The notes below the pieces were generated by a model. The model saw nothing but the letters and a program-made list of their open reading frames with translations. It made no database searches and was not told the DNA's origin. Shown here piece by piece: positions 27,548 through 43,050 of a stretch of 64,000 nucleotides of DNA. The stretch lies in the NCBI RefSeq assembly GCF_009914755.1, contig NC_060939.1. One strand, given 5' to 3'. Position 1 is the first letter of the stretch; every line of letters begins with the position of its first letter. Made by a program: the position numbers and the translations under genes. The stretch is from the human T2T-CHM13v2.0 reference genome, Homo sapiens.

Positions 27548-28657
27548 CCCTTCAAGACTCATTTTTTAAAAAAAAAAATGTTCCCCTTTTGAAGGTGAAT
27601 TATTTTTCTAATTGATGCAAAAATAGGTTATGCTAGATTGTAAAAATGATTCCAAATATACATCTAGATATTTTTAATAATAAATTAGCTATTGCTTTCA
27701 TCCAAACCATGTGTTCTTGATCATAAACTTTGAAAGTTCTTCTACCCTGGTATCCTCTGGGGTTAATAGCAACTCCATGACTCCAGACTCAGATGAAAGC
27801 TGGCAATCATTAAGTGAAAAAAAAGATGGTCAATGTCTCAAATTGTGTGGGTCCATGCATGTATTAGTGACACAGGACTAATCAGTGCAGATAGCTGCTC
27901 TGTTCTAGTCAAGAGTGTCAATTATTTCAGCAACTTGCTTTGGTGATTATTTGGAAAAATTGACATTTTAGGGTAATTTTTATCTAGAAAAAGGATAATT
28001 TTCTCCCATCTTCTAAGTCTTCTTTTTTCTTAACTGCATAGACAAAAAATCAAGACAAAAAAGCTGGCTCAGGTTTCTAGAGGTTCACTGCGTAAAAACA
28101 ATATATTGTTTTAGGCACAGGGAAAAGAACCATTAGGAACAGATGTACAAACTATTTTTGTGTGCGGTAAGAAAAATACATTGGGTGCATCGCCTAAGAC
28201 ATAAAAAGGCCGAGCACTTCCATGTGGGAACACCCAGTCAACACGGTGTTCTGATGGAGAGATGAGGATTGTTCTGACGGAGAGATGAGGATGCTCGGGG
28301 CAAGGCACCTGCAGCTGGGGTGTGCTGTCCTGGCTGGGAACGTGCATACATAGGCAGACGCTCTTCACCACCATTGAGTACGTCTCTCCAGTGTCTCTGG
28401 GTATTTTATTCTGTGTAGGATTGAAGTGAACCCAAGAAATAGGCTGGACAAAAAAAGAAAAATAAGAAAGGCAACAAAAAACCTCTCTTTGAAGATACGA
28501 TATAATTAGATCTCAGTAAAAGTTATTTTCTTAAGAACAATCAGGAGGTCAGTTGCATCAGGTGGGCATACTTACCAAAATATGAAAGCCTAATCAAAAA
28601 CAAGCATGCCACTTTCCACTTATAGAACTTGAAATTTACAAAACAATAAAATATACT

Positions 28658-28706
28658 CATGTGCATGCACGTGCATGTGTACACACACACACACACACAC
28701 ACACAC
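28658..28706. repeat. Alternating purine-pyrimidine tract ending in (CA)n
   Basis: catgtgcatgcacgtgcatgtgt followed by (ac)13. Confidence 0.9.
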
Positions 28707-29879
28707 TTAATAAAGGAGGAGTAAAACCTAAAATGACCCTTCTGCCAAAGACAAGGATAAAAATTAGCAGGGCATAGAGCATGCCCAGCCACCTGCCATC
28801 TGCAATCTCCCTTCCTCCCTTCTTCTCATAGCCCTCTGCCAATGGACCCTATTTTATTCCCGAATAATTACAGCAGTGCCTCTAATTCTACACCATAAGT
28901 AGTCCTGAAGCCTACAATGGTAAGATCAATCGTCATGTTTCACTGATTTGCAGCAGACTCATCTTTATTTGAATTATTCCTGATGCTTTTGTCATCTATA
29001 AGAGAAAATTTCATCTTCCCACTTCAAAAGAAGGCAGTGAAGCATATAACAAATTATAAAACAAAATTGTTAACATCAATATAAACCAATCTTTAAAAAG
29101 CAGGCCTACTAATATGGTTTAAAGTGGCCACCGACGTTTTAAATCCCATCAAAGTAAACGATTGCCTTTTTCTCACCTCTAAAGGTTGCAGTTTGAATGT
29201 TAATGGGAAGAATTAGAGAATTCATTTTCCATCTTTGATGGTCTTGCCTGTAAAGTGTTGGCAGCAATTCCTCCAGTCTGCTGGTGTGTTACCCATTCCA
29301 TTTCCTCTGCAGAGTAGCCCTCTCATTCTATTCATGAAGTTACATCTCACCTCATTTGGATTCTGTCTCAAATGAGTTGCTGATGTCAGCTGGATTTAGC
29401 TAAGAATACATTAAATTTTATTCAATTAGTCAAAAACAAGTATGTTTTCAAAATCGGGTGTATATATAAAGCAATGTTAGCTGTTATGACACAAAGTTTT
29501 AGAACAAAAAAGTTATAAATCTAGTTAAGATGTAGGATTTATTATATGTAACATATATTGTACATATTATATGACAAATGTTAGCTGCTAGAACACGACA
29601 CTGGTGTTTTCGAATTCCTGCGAGCTGAGTGTTTATTACGCCTGCTGGAATCTGGACCACTTCCTCCCTGGCAAACAATGTTGCTGTTGGAATTGCATCC
29701 CAGATCACAGACTTAAAATCAAATTATAAGTAAAGCACAGCCATGAGTTTTAAATTTTAAAAAGGTAGAAATGTCTAATTTCTATAAATTAAGCATAGAT
29801 CACAGAATTTTCATGCTTAGAAGGACATCAGTAACTATCAGATCCAAAGCCCTTATCTTGCACATAAGGAAGTATGTAC

Positions 29880-31905
29880 AGCTGATAAATTCAGCAAAGT
29901 CGCAGGATACAAATCAACATGCCAAAATTAGTTGTATTTCATATACTAGCAATGAACAATATGAAAAAGAAATCAAGAAAACAATTTCATTTACAATAGC
30001 ATCAAACAAGAATAAAATAGGAATAAATTTAACCAAGGAAGTGAAACCCAAGAAATGCAGTTTTGTACACCAAAAACTACAAAACATTGCTGGAAGAAAT
30101 TAAAGACAATCTAAATAAATAGAAACACATTCCTTGTTCACGGACTGGAAGACTTAACATTATCAAAATGACCATATTGCCAAAAGATATTTACATACTA
30201 AGTGCATTCCTTAGCAAAATCCCAGTGGTATGTTTTGCAGAAATAGGAAAATCCATCCTAAAATTCATATGGAATCTCAAGGGGCCCAGAATTGCCAAAA
30301 CAATCTTGAAAAAGAACAACAAAGTTCAGACTCACACTTCCTGATTTCAAAATTTACTACAAAGCTAGAGTAATCAAAATGGTGTGATTATTGACATTAG
30401 GACAGATACATACAGTAGCAACAGAATAAAATAGAGAGCTCAGAAGTAAACCTTCACATTTGATTTTTGGCAAGGCCACAAGAACATTTAACAGGGAAAG
30501 GACAGTCTGTTCAACAATGGTGCAGGAAAAACAATGTCGACCTACAAAAGAAGTTGGGGCCTTACTTTGTACCACATACAAAAATTAACTCAAAATGGAT
30601 CAAAGACCTAAATAGAAAAGCTAAAACTAACTTTTAGTAGAAAACACACAGACAGATATTTACAACATTGGTTTTGGTGATGATTTCCTCAAAATGACAC
30701 CAAAAACACAGACAAAAACGACCAAAATAAACTGGATTTCATTCAAATTAAGAACTTTCGTGCATCAAAGGACACTATCAGGTGAGTGAAAATACAACCC
30801 ACAGAATGAAAGAAAATATTTTCAAATCATATATCCAGTAAGAGATTAATATCTAGAATATACAAAGAACTCCTACAACTGAGCAACAACAACAATAAAA
30901 AGAAAATTTTAAAGTGAACAAAGGACTTGAATGGACATTTCTCCAAAGTTATACAAATGACCAATAAACACATGGAAATACGCTTAGCATCATTAGTCAT
31001 TAGGGAAATGCAATTAAAACCATAATGAGAAATCACTTTGCACCCAGTAGGATGACTATTATCAAAAAATACAAACAAAAAATGGGAAACAAGTGTTGGC
31101 AAGGATGTGGAGAAATTCGAACCCCTGTCCTTTGCTGACAGGTGTGTGAAGTGGTGCAGCCACTGTGGAAAATGGTTTGATGGTTCCTTTAAATGTTCAA
31201 CTTAGAATTATCATAAAACCCAGAAGCATACTCAAATAATTGAAAACATATTTTTATGTTCATCTTCATAGCAGCATTATTCACCATAGCCAAAAGGTAT
31301 CAACAACCAAAATGCCCATCAGCAGGTGATATATAATATATATCACATTTTGCTTATCCATTATATACATTACCTATATCACACATATATATGAGATAAA
31401 GTTTACAAGGACTGAGAGTCATTGTTGCAGAAATGAAGCAGTGGGTTTCCTTGCTTGAGAGCAAGCGTTGCAGAGTGGAGGCTCCTGACGGGGAGAAAAA
31501 TAGCCAGATATATATATATATATTTCTCACAATGGAATATTATTTATGTATATAAAGAAGGCAATTCTGACACATGCTACAACATGATGAACCTTGAAGA
31601 CATTATACTAAGTGAAATAAGCCAAACACAGAAGGCCAAACATCATATGATTCCACTTATAGAAGACGTCAGGATAAGCACATTCAGAGACAGAAAGAAT
31701 AGAAGTTGCCAGGGGCGGGAGGGTGGGAGAATTTTGGAGTTATTTTTAATGGCTACAGAGTTTCTGTGTTGGGTGATGGACATTTTTCTGGAAATAGATA
31801 CTGGCAATGGTTACACAACATTATAAATGGACTTAATGCCACTGAATTGTAAACTTAAATATGATCGAAACTTCATGTTATTATATTTTACTACAAAATA
31901 ATCAT
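29880..31905 (+). mobile_element. L1MB-type ORF2 3' half and 3'UTR, with a complex insertion at 31330-31520
   Basis: ORF 29771..30103 is partly ORF2p-like (SNEQYEKEIKKTISFTIAS...IGINLTKEVK). The 3'UTR ends ggttacacaacattataaatggacttaatgccactgaattgtaaacttaa. Confidence 0.9.
31393..31506 (+). repeat. Copy (about 114 bp) of unique sequence at 33970-34082, inserted inside L1MB
   Basis: gagataaagtttacaaggactgaga...gttgcagaaatgaagcagtgggtttcct...gttgcagagtggaggctcctg...gagaaaa..gcca occurs at both sites; about 10 differences by manual alignment. Confidence 0.95.
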
Positions 31906-31919
31906 GCCTTTAGCAAACA

Positions 31920-33890
<1,971 letters not shown>

Positions 33891-34084
33891 TAAATATAGA
33901 ATAATAGATATGTTTGGAAGCAAATAAAATAATGGCAAGAATAGTTTTGAAGTGAATGACAGTGAGCCAGAGATAAAGTTTACAAGGACTGAGACTCCTT
34001 GTTGCAGAAATGAAGCAGTGGGTTTCCTCGCCTGGGAGCAAGAGTTGCAGAGTGGAGGCTCCTGGGGGGAGAAAACTGGCCACG

Positions 34085-34580
34085 AATGGCAACAAGAACA
34101 TCTGTGACGCGCGCACCCCAGGTGAGGGAAAAGCAACAGCCACCACTGGATTAGTGACTGCCATAGGAGAAGCAGATTCTCATGAGGGTAGGGTCAGGGC
34201 GGGGGAGTGTTCATTCTCACAAAAAGGTGAAGAGAATATTCAGAGAAACAGTTTGGGTGGATAAAACAAAGTTACCGGCGGACCAGGAACTCCAGAAGGT
34301 ACAGTGGAAGGGCTTCAGGATTCGGAGAGGGCGGAGGGTTGGGATTCGGAAAGGATACCTAGAGCCATATGGTGAAAAGGAGTGGGAAGGCTGGCCTGGG
34401 CTTCCCTGTGAGACCACGCCCGCGAGGATGAGAGGCAGCCCGGAATCGTCCCCTCCTACCCGAGGCCAGTAGGGACCACACCTCCTCAGGGGGTGGGACT
34501 GCTGCAATGGCTCAGATCTTAGGTAATCCTTTTAACTTCCACCGAGAAAGTCTTGGGGTTAGGAGAGGCGGGACCACACT
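34085..34580. promoter_or_regulatory. Short CpG-enriched segment with GC boxes and a G-quadruplex motif
   Basis: About 19 CpGs in 500 bp by eye. gggcggggg near 34197, gggcggagg near 34329, ccacgccc near 34413, and GGGTAGGGTCAGGGCGGGGG at 34186-34205. Confidence 0.45.
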
Positions 34581-34669
34581 CTCATCTCTTGCAAGACAGC
34601 TCGGGCAGTGATACTCATTTTTGCAGGGCTATTTGTTCAATTTCAGTCTTTCTCATTAGCTTGTCAGCA

Positions 34670-35290
34670 CTTTTAAAGCAGGTACTATTTCTGTGTTTGT
34701 TCACAATTGTATTTCTGCTACTTAGCTCAGTGTCTAACACAAAGGAGATACTCAAATATTTGTTGGTAGTATTCTGAATGAATGCTGCAAACTGTTGGAA
34801 AGCAATTTGGCAATTTGTATCAACTATTGTAATATAAATAATATAACTTTCCTAATCATATAAATATTTATATGATTTTGAGAGCCATAATTTTACTTCT
34901 GAGAATCTGTTTAAAAAAAAGCAAAATGTTTTAATGTTTGTTGCATTATTTTAAAATGCAAATAACTATTTAAAATCCTCCCAACAGGAAAATGCTTTAA
35001 TAAATTATAGTCACAGAATTAAAATATAATATAGTTAGGAAAGTTTTGTTTAAAATTTATGATAATGTTTACTCTTCTTTTATAATGCTCAGTAACAAAA
35101 ATCCTTTTATGTTGTTTCAAAAAAAGATAGATGCAAAATTAGAAAGAGAATGTAGACTATGTATGTAAAATATAGAAAATATTATATCTACATATTGTAA
35201 CTATGTGTGAGTTCTGGAAATACAAAAATTTTCATTTTCCTTATTAAATTCTATATGTTTTATACTGTATCATCCCTCTATTTTATACTC
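34670..35290 (+). mobile_element. L2 3' end (about 34670-34785) followed by an L1ME 3' remnant
   Basis: tgtttgttcacaattgtatttc...cagtgtctaacac...gaatgaatg is L2-like; ttggaaagcaatttggcaat onward is L1ME-like. Confidence 0.6.
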
Positions 35291-35930
35291 AGAAAGGATA
35301 GCCATAGATGAGGGAAGAGTGTGGAGATTGACTGTCCAGGGAAACATAAATTGAACTGTTACTTTCCTTTCATGTTAGCAAAATTCCCTGTTAGCCAACA
35401 AGTGAAAGCACCGACATGTATTCTAGTTATTTTGCTTTTCAACGAAGCTATTAGAGCATATTTAAATGTGAGGGCATCAAAGGAAGCACTTGATGAAGTG
35501 TTTGGAGAGCAAACTTTGGTCCTGTTCATCTTTTTCTTAATTTCCTTCCTCATTTTTATCTTTGGTCGTTCAATAACTTCTATTTCCTGTATCTTTCCAG
35601 CTCCCCCCACTGCTCACCCATCCCTCAACAATATCAGGGCTCTGTGACAAGGCGGCAGGGGTTGCATCGAGGCATTTTTTGGACATGCACCCTGTGCCAT
35701 CTTCTGTGCCAACCCTGATGGTGCAAGGAATGAGGCCAGATACACTCCCTGTTGTCCTCAAGCATCAGAAGGCCTCCTAGGTGAGTGAAAAAGGACTGTC
35801 TACCCGTCGGACACAATACCAACCACCTCCTCGTTGGAGAAGCAGCGAGTGTCTGCAGTCTTGTTTTGTGTCCCTGCCTTCTGCACAGAGCAGCTGGGGT
35901 GGCCTCCTGCGGCCGGCAGCCTCTGAGGCA

Positions 35931-35944
35931 TCGCCAGGTGGCAC
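35931..35944 (+). promoter_or_regulatory. CTCF core motif match
   Basis: TCGCCAGGTGGCAC against consensus CC(A/G)SYAGRKGGCRS; only the first base mismatches. Confidence 0.5.
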
Positions 35945-36172
35945 ACAGCTGCAGAAACCCAGCATGGGAAAGACGCAGGTTTCTTCTTTTTATTTTCAAA
36001 GTGAAAGTAACATTAATCGCTTGTTGTGATATAAAGATAGCACAATCTCAGGTGGCAAATTCATGCTGCTGCTAAGAAAACTAAGGAATTGTGTAAAACT
36101 CACTCTCAAAAACCATCAGTCAGACGTAACTACATTTTCCATATTGTTGAGTATTCTGTTTATCTGTGGATG

Positions 36173-36597
36173 CAAACACATACACACACTAACACACGCA
36201 CTAACACACACTCACGCACACATACAGACTCCCACACACTCCCAACCACGCACCCACTCACACACTCACACTGAGACACACACTCCACACACACATGCTC
36301 ACACTCACATTCACACACATGCAGTCACACACACAAACCCTCTTACACACACACTGACATTCAGATACACACACCCTCATACACTCAGAAACACACTCTG
36401 CTCACACACATCACACACACTAATACACACTCCACTCACACACATTCACACTCACATGCTCATAGAAACACAAACCATCACACATTCACACACATACTTA
36501 TTCACACACTCACACACTCTCACACTCATTCACACACACTTATTCACATACACACTCACACACCCACACTCATTCACATACACACTCACACTCAGAC
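36173..36597. repeat. Degenerate CA-rich low-complexity array (about 425 bp)
   Basis: Imperfect (CA)n/(CACT)/(CATT) units. It produces the spurious His/Thr-rich ORF 36063..36686. Confidence 0.95.
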
Positions 36598-37129
36598 TCC
36601 AGCTTATACTCTTCATGGGACATCATATTAGCACAGCTCAACCTTTGTTCCACGTCATTAATTATAAGTGGATGTCATTCTGCTAACAGACTATTGCCTT
36701 CCATGTGAAGCAGAGGTTTGCATTGGAGAGATTTGACTGCTGACAGCAGAAACCGTCTTTCCATGCTAGGAAGAAAAATGAGTGCTACTAGCACAAGTTC
36801 TGGAGAAGAGTGAAACCACTCCCAGCTGAGGCAGCCAGAAAAGACTTCCTCACCACTGGTACCATTCCACTGGCTCCACCGCACATCTGAACCTCCGCAT
36901 CTCACTTCTTCCACTAGTACCATCTACTCTAAGGGCAGAGATAATGCCTTTAAACCCTAAGATGAGTAGTGAAGCTCTGCAGAGAGCAGATGTCACATAC
37001 AGCTAAGCGTCAGAAGGTGATATTGAGAACACACAATTTTGGAGATATTGGCTGTAGATAAATAATGATCATTGTTGATAGTCCCAGAATTTCCATGCTT
37101 GAACTGGCAATTCTGAGAAACATGTGTCT

Positions 37130-37862
37130 TTGGTTCCTGGGTCTTCTTTTCTACACTGCCATTTGATTCAGATCAAAAAGCATAAGCTGCCACTGGCCTC
37201 CTTCCTTCCCTTCATGCTAGATGAGCATAATCTCCACTCTTGTTTTCGTTTCCCCATCTTTGACACATCACATGCTCCACCTTGTTTGCAGTGACAAGCA
37301 GTGTGGAAGGGAACGCTGGCTTCCCTGATCAAAGAGGCAAGGCTGGTTCTGCAGCAAAGACATTCCAGGAATAGAGGTTCAAAGATTTCATCTGTTTGTC
37401 CAACTGTCCCCATCTTAAGCCTACTCCTTTTCAATCATGGCCTCTACTGTAACAAAGGGGACTGGTTCCAACTGTCTGCCTTGGGCCTGCGCTTCAGCCA
37501 CACCTGCTTTGGCTGTAGGAGGTACAGTATTCCTTTGTGACCTCTGTGAGGGTTTCTTCACAATTCCTCTTGTGCCTTAAATCAGGTGTTCAATTCTTAA
37601 GCTTGGATTAAACTGTCATAGCTCTCTGGAACTGTTGCAGCAGGTGGCCCATGACTGCAGACCCTCCATTATCACAACAGCTACTGTGCACTGGGCTGCC
37701 CTGGCCTGGCCACTTCCAGCACCCCACTGCACATGGTGAATCCCCAGCATGTCTTTCCCCCAGCAAAAATATCCTGTGACCACTCACCAGGTATGTCAAC
37801 AACCTAATTCTGGAGTCTCCTACTGAGGATATATTTCTGGGGCTACTCCTTGTTCCAATTAC
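37130..37862 (-). mobile_element. ERVL-class internal remnant adjoining the LTR, with a degenerate tRNA-Leu-type PBS
   Basis: The minus strand immediately after the LTR reads aattggaacaaggagtag, similar to the ERVL/MaLR junction AATTGGTACCAGGAGTGG. The left boundary is uncertain. Confidence 0.45.
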
Positions 37863-38345
37863 TGTATAAATCAGGATCTGGGCAAGAAACAGATGGTACC
37901 CACAAAGCATCCAAGTGCAGATCATTGGTTGGAAAAGCAGTTTATAAGGCATAAGTACAAATAATGCTCCAATAAGGGATGATAAGGCTGAGAGATGCCC
38001 AGGCATAGCAACAGTTAGGACAATGACAATTTTGGCTTGGAGTGACAAGAGGAGGAAGTGTTTTCACCAGAGGCTGGGGAGAGCTGGAGCCATGGAAACC
38101 TATCCAACAGGAGCTGTGGCCATAGAGGAACACAACCACTGCCAGACCCACAGTCAGGCAAGATCAGATCAGCCTGACATCTTTATCTCTATACCAACCC
38201 ACAGTTTCCTGCTGATGCCCATTGTCTGAATCCACCCTGAAGCCAGCATGCAAGGAAACCCAGTGATGCAGTCGAAATGTCAGCCTCCCACACGCAGCAG
38301 AGTGCAGGATCAACCTAACGGGACAAGTGGAGAATAATCTGCACC
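37863..38345 (-). mobile_element. ERVL LTR (LTR33/LTR41-like)
   Basis: tgtataaatcaggatc...gaaacagatgg start and gaagccagcatgcaaggaaacccagtgatgcagtc...gtcagcctcc...gaataatctgcac end resemble LTR33-family text. Confidence 0.6.
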
Positions 38346-40057
38346 TGTATTAGGAGAAAGAATGAAAATTAGTGGGTAATTTTCATAGGCTATTCCTGAA
38401 GTTGATGCACATCCCACTGTCCTGCATTTCACAGGTTGGAACTCAGCCACATCTCAAGGGAAGCACTAAAACCCAGTCTTGTGTACCCAGCATCAGAGGC
38501 TCTAGTGAATGACTAGCCAGTCTCTGCCATGGATATTTTCTAATATCTTTACTCCAAAGTTTGAGTGAAAAAGGAAGAGGGGAGGAGATCCAAATAAAAA
38601 GGAAAAGTGGGTGCTCTACTGAATATTCACTGGGCCTGTTGCACTTCTCAAGGCAGGCAAAGGCTGGTAGGGTATTGCTTCACACTTCTTAGCATGACAA
38701 TGATATGCTTATCTGACAAAATTATAGCAACATGCAGTCAAGCCTTTCAGTAGCCTTTGAGTATCATCATGAAAAACTACATGCCCCTCACAAAGGCACA
38801 TGTGTATTCAATGACAGAACCCTTAAACTTCCAAAGAAAAGATAGAGGCAAATTCCCAGAGTACAAGTAATCAGGGAAGCAGGACAAATCTCTTGAGATT
38901 CTAGTGAGGATGTTGCTGTCAAGGCTGTGTATGAAGAGAGACCTCATGTTTGGAGACCTTGGACAGCTCCATTCACGCAGCATTGAGTTTTGCTTTAGGC
39001 TCATGCCCAGGCTCAGGCTAACCTCATGGTGCTTGTCTTATATTAGAATATTTTTAAAGCTCTCTTTGCGAAATCTGATGTCAGAGTTAGAATGTCAACT
39101 GCTTGTCAAAACGTACATAATTTGATGCCAGATTTTTTAATGTCAAGCATAATCACAGATATCATCCACATATGCCCAGAGAAGCTACCCAAAGGAAACT
39201 GAAACCATATTGCTAACATCACTGACTGTGGCAAGAAAATGTAATCAACAAAGGCATCTTGAGATTAAGAAAGTTGAAACCTCAGTGAGGCTGCTTCTCT
39301 GTAAAAAAGAACTCCAAAGACCCACAACACAGTGGGACCTGTCCACAGTCCCAATCCAATTGATGGTATGAAAGCATTGTTTTTCTCTAAAGCATTTTCA
39401 GGTCTCAGCAGTATTCAAGGGCACCTTTAAAAGCAGTGCACATGTGTCAGGTGAGCATCAGGGCAGCTCAACCTGGTGCCCCCGGTGCAGTTGTGGGTGA
39501 TGAAGACACAGGATAGTGCTAAGCCAGAGGAGGAAAGGAGAAAGAGCATAGCTCAAGCCCAGACCCAAGGGTGAATATATTTTGAGAATCACTCTGTGTT
39601 GGTTTCCATTGGATTTCCTGACTGTGTGGAAAGGTGGTGCTTTGTCTCTCTTGGGCAAAAGCTGAACAGAAACAGACTTACCTGCATTATGCCAAGTGCC
39701 TGAGGACTTCTAAAGTCCATGTATTTTTCCATGAGAGGTGAGTGGTGCCGGTTAAGAGTTGCCAGAATGTGGAGAGAGAGGAAAGTAGAGGGGGAAGCCG
39801 ATGTGCCTGCAGGAAGCAGGGTAAAGTTGAGGTGAGGGGTGGGCTGGCGAGTGAAGGGAGTTTGCTAGAGAGTAAGAGAGAAAGGCGAGCACGTGAGGAA
39901 GAGCAATCTTTCCAGCAATCAGGACAAGCAGAACGTGCTTGCATCTCCAGCACTGCAGTGGCTGCTGAATGCCACTGGGGCATTCAGTATGACCACCCAC
40001 ACCCAAGCACGCGTGAGCAGGCAGTGTGTATTTCAGCACAGATAATGTTTTCGGGTG

Positions 40058-41294
<1,237 letters not shown>

Positions 41295-42927
41295 GGGTTG
41301 AATGTATGTTTATAGTAGAGGAGAAATATCTATGGTTGGTGGTAGAAACCAAGGTGCTTAGCGTGCTCTGAGGCAGGAAATGCAGGCTTTAATAGCCTAT
41401 CCTGTTCCTTTCCTGAACACCCAAGCAATGCATCAGGTACAGAGCAAAACACCATCTGGGTACAAATGGCAAGTCCCTAACTTTCCTTTCTTTTCATGAA
41501 TAGGGTAGGTGCACCCTTGATTAGTTAACCATACCCACAAATCAAGTACCTAGATATGCATTCGTTTCCTCTAAGGGCCATCTCAAAGTACAGAGCTGCT
41601 CACCTCCCTTTAGAGAATCCAGTTTAAAGAACACGTATTGTAATCCTGGAGAGCGTCCTAGAAACTCACAAATAGGTGTAACTGAACACTTCTCCCAGGA
41701 CTTACTGGATTTGACAGATCTAATTCAAGATTGTAGGAAACATCTTTTCTCTAGCGGGTTGTTGTTGAAAATTGAAACAATTTCTCTAGTCTCACCATAG
41801 TTTGAAAAAAAATCCCCCTGAGGCGGCTCGAGGAGGTTTAACTAAATTCACTCAGAAGTCTCAAAATAACCACTGCTGTGAGGTGCACGTGCTCGCATGC
41901 TTCCAGTGGCTAACACTGAATTAACAAGCTGACTCCCTGCGGAGGCTGTGGCTAGTTGGCCATGTAAGTTGAGTCCAAGGGACTCATCTGAGCTGTTTCC
42001 ATAAAAGACAAACAGTCTTATAAACAAAATAAATGAACCACACGATAAACATTTCTGGCCAGAATCTGGAGCTTGAATTTTTCTAAACAATCTCTCAGGA
42101 AGGTAATTTTCAGGTGAAGACATGATGACAACATATCCCCTTAAAAGTGACAAAAACATATGAACTATTGGTCACTCTATATGAATCCATCATTATTTTT
42201 GGCCACATCAGTAAAGAAACTAAAAACTTCAGAGGAACAAGATGATCTAAAGCTGGTGAGAATATTAGGAGTTTAAATGATTTTTTCAATGTAAGAAACT
42301 GTTGGGAAATGTACCTGGACAATCACACGCGTGTAGAGACTCCAGCTGCACATATTCAATCTGTCATTAGAAGGAAGCCCTTCCAGACAGCACCCTCATC
42401 ATCAAATGAAAAAGCACCTCCCTGGGGCCCGTTCTCCGCTCTGTCTCACTGACGGGCCTGACGATTTCTCCACGGTAGAAGCTAGACTAAGTTCTTATCA
42501 CCTGCCTCCCCAGAAGCCACCCCAGCACCTCAAGCGGCCAGGGCATTCTGTGTTTCCCAATTCCAGGATTGTGTATGGTTCAGCACATCCACTAGGGACT
42601 AAGCCCTTTACAACAGCACTCACTGAGGGAGGCTGTGAACTGGGTATGGTAAGAAAAAAACCCATGTTTTTCTGTTTGTTTTGTTCCTTGGCCTTCAGCA
42701 TTCATTTATTTTCTGGGAATCACATTCATCTTTTCCTCTGGGAAAAGAAATGCACCTTGACTCTCAGCCCATGTGCACCCAAGACTGGAGACTGAATTGC
42801 TTCAAGGATAACCATATGACTAGATCAGAGCCAGTGAATGCAAAGATAGGCATTCAGGGGGACCTGGGACTCTTGTTCCTTCCTGCTGGATGCCAGGACC
42901 TCTACCAGAATGACAGAAATGAAAAAG

Positions 42928-43050
42928 AGTGACAACACCAAATGCTGGTGAGGATGCAGAGGAATGGGATCCTTCGGACACTGCTGGTGGAAACACGAAA
43001 TGGTGTAACCACTGTGGAAAACAGTTTAGCAGGTGGTTTTAAAAAGTACA
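42928..43050 (+). mobile_element. Short L1M ORF2 3' fragment
   Basis: gacaacaccaaatgctggtgaggatgcagagg...ctgctggtgg...accactgtggaaaacagtttagcag. Confidence 0.75.

Noticed and set aside
36063-36686. Longest ORF (207 aa, His/Thr-rich)
   Set aside because: It is a translation of the CA-rich array, which lacks stop codons by composition, and has no domain-like sequence.
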